From the NCBI RefSeq assembly GCF_009914755.1, contig NC_060926.1: a DNA stretch of 64,000 nt; one strand, 5' to 3'. Below, in pieces: positions 54,286-64,000 of this stretch. Position 1 is the stretch's first letter. The number at the start of each line of letters is the position of its first letter. The notes below the pieces were generated by a model. It saw only the letters and a program-made list of their open reading frames with translations. It ran no database searches and was not told where the DNA came from. Position numbers and translations under genes: made by a program. Source of the DNA: the human T2T-CHM13v2.0 reference genome, Homo sapiens.

Positions 54286-55434
54286 CAATACTCAATATTA
54301 TGAATAATTATAAAAATGTAAATCATTCTAAATGTTGCATGTATAATGGTCTTAACCTCAAACTGGAATTTTATGTTGCCTTCAAAATATTCAGAAATAA
54401 CTTTTAATGACACAAGAATTTATAAGCAAGAAAGCAAATGTAAGACAAGCTGGGACCTGAATGTTAATTATATATGTTAACACACACATCCACTCACCCA
54501 CACACATAAACTAGGCTAAAATATGTATGAAAAAGAAAACTATAAAATACAATCTAATATTAACAACTGAAATTAGGGTAACACTTTTTTTCTTCATGTA
54601 TATTTTTAGCATCTAAATTTTTCTAAATAAAAATATATTGCTTTTATAGTCAGAAAGAAAAGAAAAACTTACTTTCACCCACTTTCTCTGGTAATTCAAG
54701 AAATATTCATTAAACTATACATACTTATAAGTGAGGAGAACTTATAATGTGTTTGCTATTATATTATGGTTTATGAGAAGTGAATGGGAGTACAAAGTTA
54801 ATAACTCCTGTCCTATAATGTCTTACCATTTAATCATGGCTGTATCTACAAATTGCAAGAAAATTATATAAACCAGTTAAGTCCAAAATTATATTAAACT
54901 TGTTTGCTGATAGAATGATGAATTCCATTCACAGAAATTTGGATTTTATGAATGAATGAAACAAAAAAAATTATCTAGTCAGCATACATTTGTCAAGATT
55001 TGTTTTAAATATGAAAAGATTAAAATAATGTATGTATATGCATACTTTTAATGGAAATCATTATCAAATTCCCTTTGTTGATATATCATTGAATAAAATG
55101 TTTTCTTTAAGTAAAATTTGTCAAACTGGAGATTTATACTTAGTGAACACAGAGAATAATTCAAATGACTTACCTTTTTCAGCATTTTATTTTGCTTGTC
55201 GTTATTGACAAAAATCTTGTTTCAAATAGAAATCTTGACTAAAATGGAAACAGTGTTATTAATACTACTTTATTCCATCTGGTATATTCTTTGCAAATTG
55301 TTTTGAGGCTGCTGTGTCTTGACTGCTCAATCCAAAATATTTGAGCCCTAAAGAGAGTCTGTAATATCTTTTTCATGTTCAGGCAGTGGTTTTTAGCAAT
55401 TGGGAAACACATGTGTAACTGTTACAACTATGAC

Positions 55435-55530
55435 ATAGTCACCATTGTCTTTACCATCACCATCATCACCACCATTAGCAGCACCAGCAGTATCACTATC
55501 ATCACCACCATTTTAAGCATCATTATCATT
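55435..55530. repeat. Degenerate (CAT/CAC)n repeat
   Basis: Directly visible; abuts a MIR at ~55530-55740. Confidence 0.75.
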
Positions 55531-57396
55531 GAATTTGTTGATTTCATTCTACTGGCCATGACTTGTGGTAAGGTAATTTACATGGATTTTTCTCAATTAA
55601 AGTTCACTGTAACCTTATGTGATTTCTATAGACTGTCACCACTCACAGATAAGTAGCAAAGGCTCAGTGGAGTTAGCTAAAATAGCATAGCTAATAGATC
55701 TCAGAGGGTTCAAATAGTACATCCCTGGATCCTGCTTTATGAATTGTATTTTACAGGGAGTGGAACAACCTCTGGTTGAATACGTTTCTATGTCACCTAC
55801 CTCATGTATCTGTTGTAACATTAAGGCAAAATACTTTCCATGAAGCAGAAAAATATTGGTTAATGTGAAATATAAGCACTTCTAAAAATATCCTATTTAT
55901 TAATAGATTCTCTTAGGAGTAAATAAGTGTATAAGGGAATAAATAATAAGTAACTAAGTTTAAGCTGTGAAGCAATGCATATAAAAATATGTGGAGAAAA
56001 GAGGTAGACTTGCCCAAATATTATTGTGATACTATTAGTTTTGAACATATAGGCCATAATTTAATTATAATACACTTTTCTTCCATCTGCAATATATCGC
56101 CTTCTCATTCCCAGGATCTTTTCAGTGTTTGAGACTCACCTGGAACTCAGAAGACATCAAACCTTTCTGGCACGTTCTTTTTCAGCAAGTCAGGAGGCCA
56201 TGAACAAATTTCTACAGATAATGTCCAATTTTATAATATCAGTCTTATGTGACTAAACTTACATGAAACTAAAATTTTTGCAATGGCTCTGATAAAGTGA
56301 ACTTTTAGTATCATTAATTAATTAACAAATGTTATTAATTTTAAGTTTCATTGGTAAACATAGAACTATTGAAATTCAATTTAATATCATAAAATAACAT
56401 ACCATAGTGAGATTTTTATACATGAAAAATGTGAAATCACCTTTACTGAAGCTTTTCTTGTATCATGTGAGTGTGAAGATCCCAGTTACTCTTTCTTTAA
56501 TAGGTATGCTCACTCTATGGGATATGCCTACAACCTTCTCCCTTTTATACAAAAGTCTTTTTGTGTTTTTTTTTTCCTTGTCACTCTATACAAATTTTTC
56601 CCCATGAGAAATATCCATTGACCTTTGGATTAATATCACAAGTGTTAAATTTCATCTTATCCATGACCACAGTGCTTTGTTATAAGCATAAGCTTTTTGA
56701 CAACAGAGCTCATTCTCCTGTGCATGTCAGAAGGCTAGAGTGAACTCCGTGATGCTTTGAAAACATTTGGCAAGTTGTTGCTCTGTTCACAGCACTATAT
56801 ATTGTCAATCAGATGTTTTTCTGTGATGGAGATACACTTTTACATACAGAAGATGAAAAGAAGCCATGAATACATCTGTTGAATTAAATATATGAGTTTT
56901 AATATTATATCATTGTCATAATTTGAATCAATTTTGTCATATTCTTCATATAGGTTTCTCAAATTGAGATAGAACACTTTAAAAATCTTACAGCAAAAGA
57001 ATGAAATGAGCATATCACAAAACCGTATTAGAATCCCCTTGAAAAACACATCCATCCTCTATGGATACCAATATCTTTATAACAGATTAAATGTGTGGAG
57101 AACCACGTTTTGTCTAAAAATCTTCCCATACCTTCTCATTTGATCCCCACGATAAAGTCACACAATGGCAGAGCATGTTCCTCTTTGACAGTAGAAAAGC
57201 ATATAGGCAAGAAATTAATTCGCCCATTAGTTTGCCCAAAGTCATAGAGCTAATACATTTAAATGCACAATTCCAGTTCCCTTTACCTTATATTTCTGTG
57301 CTTATTGACAAACCTCACATAGTCCTGACCTTCTTTTAATACATATATTAGCTGCCAGTAATAGCCAATTCTTTAAAAAAATTTTTAATTAGTGAG

Positions 57397-57943
57397 TGTG
57401 GTGGTTAATATTGACTGTCAACTTGATTGGATTGAAGGATGCAAAGTATTGTTCCTGGGTGTACTTGTGAGGGTGTTGCCAAAGGAGATTAACATTGAGT
57501 CAGTGGACTGGGAGAGGTGGACCTGCCCTCAATCTGGGTGGGCACAATCTAATCAGCTGCCATTGCAGCTAGAATAAAGCAAGCAGAGGAACGTGGAAGG
57601 ACTAGACTGGCTGTGTCTTCTGGCCTTCATCTTTCTCCTGTGCTGGATGCTTCTTGCCTTCCAACATTATATACAAGTTCTTCAGGTTTTGAACTCTTGG
57701 ATTTACACCAGTGGTTTGCCAGGGACTCTCCTGCCTTTGGCCACAGACTGAAGGCTGCACTGTTGGCTTTCCTACTTTTGAGGTTTCAAAACTCAGACTG
57801 ATTATCTTGCTGCTCAGCTCGCAGACAGCTGATTGTGGGACTTCACTTTGTGATCCTGTGTGTCAGTACTGCTTAATAAATTCCTTTTCATGTATACATC
57901 TATCCTATTAGTCCTGTCCCTCTAGAGTACCTTGATTAATACA
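57397..57943 (+). mobile_element. MLT2A (ERVL) solo LTR
   Basis: tgtggtggttaatattgactgtcaacttgattgg … ccctctagag…taataca, AATAAA present, TSD gtgag/gtgtg. Confidence 0.92.
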
Positions 57944-60035
<2,092 letters not shown>

Positions 60036-60039
60036 TATA

Positions 60040-60294
60040 TAAAGAGTTAGATATTTATTGTAGCTTTCATAATCTTGGCTTGCTTGTACCCATTCTTGTT
60101 GGGAAGGCTTTCCAGATACTCAAAAAGACTTGGGTGTTGTGATTTAAACTGCATGTGCTTTAGGGGCCACCAATAATGCTGTGGTTCTTGCAGATATGCA
60201 GAGGTACTGTCTTACAGTCTTGGACAAGATCTGAAAGAACTATTTGGATTACCAATGACTCTTGTTCTATTTTCTTACTTTCTCCCAAACAAAC

Positions 60295-60346
<52 letters not shown>

Positions 60347-61130
60347 CTAAGTCACCTGGACCTGGGGGTGTAGTGACACAAACTCCCTGTGGCCACCATG
60401 ACTAGGACTGTGCTGGGCGAGAACAGAAGTCAGCAAAGCACTGAGTCTCACCCAGCCCCACTGTAACCCCTCCCTATCTACTGTCTATGTTAACTCAAGA
60501 GCTTGGGGCTCTACAGTCAAAAGGTGGTGAAGCCAGCCAAGCCCGTGTCTTTTCCTTCAGTGTGGTAAGTTCTGCCAGGTCCCAGGCCCTGGGTGTGTCC
60601 AGAGGTGCCATCCAGGAGTCAGGGACTAGAGTCAAAAACGTTGTAAGTCTACGTGGTGTTCTATTGTACTGCAGCTGAGCTGGCACTCAAACCACAAGAC
60701 ACATTTCTTCCCGCTCTTTTCTCCCTTTTCCATAGGTAGAGGAGCCTCATTCTATAGCTACTGCCTCCACAGGCCCATGGGAGTACTACCACCCATATTC
60801 TCTTAAGGCCTAAGGGCTGTTCAGTCATCATGTGGCGAATGCTGCTGGGCCTGGGACACACCCTTTAGGGCAGTGGGCTCCTCTCTGGCCCAGAGCACGT
60901 CCAGAAATGCCATCCAGAAGCCAAGGCCTAGAATCAGGGACCCCAAGAGTCTATTTGGTGCTGACACCCATGAAGCAGAGCTGGCACCTATGGTGCCAGA
61001 CAAAGTCCCCTTTACTTTTGCCTCTGCTTTTCTCAAGAAGAAGGAGTTTCTCCCTGAAGCCACCACAGCTGAGAATGGCAATGTCTCATGAGAATGTGTT
61101 ATGTCTCACCTGAAGCCAGCAAGTCTGCCC
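60040..61130 (-). mobile_element. L1MA/L1M2-type 5' UTR region
   Basis: tatttattgtag…gggaaggctttccag…cagggactagagtcaaaaac…gccacagctg motifs. Contains (TC)n at ~60299-60341. Confidence 0.7.
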
Positions 61131-62408
61131 TTCCCTCAATTCCTAAACACGTAACTTCTTAATTATAGGTTCTATATATGTGGCTTCATTTAAATCTCAC
61201 AACCACATAGAGTTGATAACATGATCTGTAAATTACACATAAGAAAATGGTATGACGCATTAAGACATTCAACCTCTATTACCTCCATTACTAGCAGTTA
61301 CTTACAGGCAAAGAGGTGTGGATTCTGTTGTGGCTTTGCACATAAAATTGGTATAGCCTTATATTTTTTGAATGAAGATTAATATTTTATGTTGTAAGAA
61401 ACACAGTGGTTAAACTGATGCAAAGCTTTTGTTGACTGCTTAAAGTCAATCTTAATTATAGAGAGAATAGCATTAAAGAATGGCAATATATTACGTAAAA
61501 TATAGTCATTTGAAGTTGCCTAGGGTCATTAGGCTCTGGTATTTTTCACTGGCTAAACATGTCTCATTTAAAACAAAGCAAAACACAAAATGAGTTTTCT
61601 TTTTCTTTCTGAATTACAGAATTCATTTGGAAAGAGAGTGCTGATGATTTATTCTTCGTGATGCCATTTGTTTGCACTCCCTCAAAAATTCCAGGTGTTT
61701 TCATGCTCAGCGTTTGTCGTGCTAGAGATGACACCAGCCGACTGTGCTGAAAAGAAGATGAACTTTTGAATACCACTATTATTTATTTCAAGTAGACAGG
61801 CAAGCCATTCTTTCAGACATAGGCCTGTAGTTAACCTTACACTGTGTATTTTCTTGTAAAGATATGAAACAATTCTGGAGAATGGCTAGGAGGGATCTCT
61901 AGCAATTCTGACATCTGAATCTTTCAGTAGAAAAGTTGTTGAAGGCTGTTACGCATTCATTAAGTTAAGCACATTTGCTGAAATTTAGAGAGAGAGCAAA
62001 GAGTTTTCATCACTTAGAATGTAGGGAAACTTTTCTCTCAATTTGCTTCGGCTCTTGACTTTCTTATTCCTTGGTTAATTTTCTTCTTGCAGCAGGATTG
62101 TAGGAATGGGCTACTGAATTCTGTCACTAATATTTAATCTCCCAAGCAATACGTTCTGCTTCTATTCTGAATAGCAAAGACTTTTTTCTATACGTCTTCT
62201 CTTGAAAGCATGGTATAGTGCAGCGGTTCACACACTGCAGTGCACATAAAAACTATGATTGGAACCTATGATTACCATGAAGTATCCCGGACCTCACCCT
62301 CATGGGTTCTGGATCAGGCACTCAGAATGATGCCCAGAGACATTTTAACTCAGATGATTTTCATGTGCTGTGTTTGCCAAATATATTAAATCGATAGTCT
62401 TATAATAA

Positions 62409-62770
<362 letters not shown>

Positions 62771-62799
62771 AATCATTACCATTAAAATATATTTTAATC

Positions 62800-64000
62800 A
62801 GCAAAATGAAATACTATGGATCTCCAAGTTCTTGTTCTTCTATAGAAATACGGAAAAAAATAACCAGAAGCTAAACCAACTTTGAGCTCTGAAAAGCAAT
62901 GAAAAGTTTACTTTAACCAGCCAAATGCTCAAATTTTTTAAAAAGCTATCTTCAAATTGGTAAGATAGTATCATGTTGTTTTTACTTGTATTTGCCCCAT
63001 CTCCTCCACAGCACAGTGGTGGTCTTTGTCTTGGGCAGGTAGTAACCTGGTCCTTAGTTCCATCCCTGGCCTCTCCAAACTGGAGGCAGCAGAGCAGACC
63101 TCTTTTTCAAATTATTGTGTAAATTCATTATAACCTGTCTGCAGGATACCTGAAGGACTAATACAAAGTCTGTCTCTGTTTTGCATAACTTGGAAGCCAG
63201 AAAAAAAAAAGAAGGGGGGTTGTAGGGGGTGGTGGCTGGGCAGTGCTTTTAAAAGCTATAAGGAGACTAGAAACCCAGAGAGACTTAGCGGAAGAGATTG
63301 TAGGAGATAGAAAAATATAATCTAAGGCTTGGAGGTGAAGCTGGGATGAAAAGCTTTGGTAAATTAAAATATTAAAAGGCAACCATTATATAGGAGAAAT
63401 TAGAAAGCCACTCACATGCCCAGGAAATATGCATGCTCAGAAAAGGCCCAAGAAGAACTTAAAGTTGTACTTAAATGGTCCCTATACTTAAGAGCAAGCT
63501 TAGCTAAGTGGAGAAGGACCAGTACAGAGCCCATCTGTAAAGACTTAGAAAAGTGGTTGTTCTCTCTTTCTTAAATATATTGGGTTTTTTTGTTTGTTTG
63601 TTTGTTTCAACTTTTCACATCCAGGGAAATCTCTATAAAAACCTTAATGGAACATGAGCTGAAGAAACAAAAAACTTCAATGGTCACACATGACAAAGAG
63701 AGTCCTTGCAAAAAATAGTTTGGAAAAGTCTGGAAAAACTTATCTCTTCTGTCTTCAACAATTAAAAACAAAAGCAAAAGCAGGAAATGATGAGGAATGG
63801 GGAGATTTCCAGAGTTAACATGTTATAATAGGCAAATACCAAATTCATAACAAAAAATCACAAAGCATTAAAAAAGGAACCAAACACAAAGGAAAACATG
63901 GCTAATTCAAAGGAATTAAATTAGTTTACAAAATCCATCATTAAGCAAGGCAAAATGTTAGGCTTACAATTAAAAATACTTTTAACAACTGTGTTAAATA
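62800..64000 (+). mobile_element. Old L1M4-type 5' region
   Basis: atgctcagaaaaggcccaagaagaac mirrors the motif at ~28570-28600 and grades into A-rich L1-like sequence. Confidence 0.5.

Overview
AT-rich, repeat-dense hominoid (human or great-ape type) genomic DNA. The Alu, L1PA and SVA content sets this assignment. I find no recognisable protein-coding gene, RNA gene or CRISPR array. The listed ORFs are chance frames, simple-repeat translations or decayed transposon pieces. The main structure is a defective HERV-I-group (HERVIP10/LTR10-like) provirus on the minus strand (~21028-26228). It retains a 5' LTR, a degenerate tRNA-Ile PBS, a broken gag, a pol remnant, an env remnant and the polypurine tract, and it carries two young L1PA insertions. 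Its 3' LTR is replaced by an L1 ORF2 fragment right at the PPT boundary. Other elements are a full-structure short SVA splitting a MIR (~40414-41670), a 35-bp palindromic AT-rich minisatellite bracketed by inverted repeats (~15336-16152), two MLT2A solo LTRs, Tigger/MER DNA transposons, and many Alu, L1, L2 and MIR copies. I see no evidence of a new gene system. The most interesting signals are mechanistic scars: the PPT-L1 junction, a 5'UTR micro-inversion in an L1PA2, and a patchwork templated insertion in env. Subfamily names come from my recollection of consensus sequences and need RepeatMasker/Dfam confirmation.
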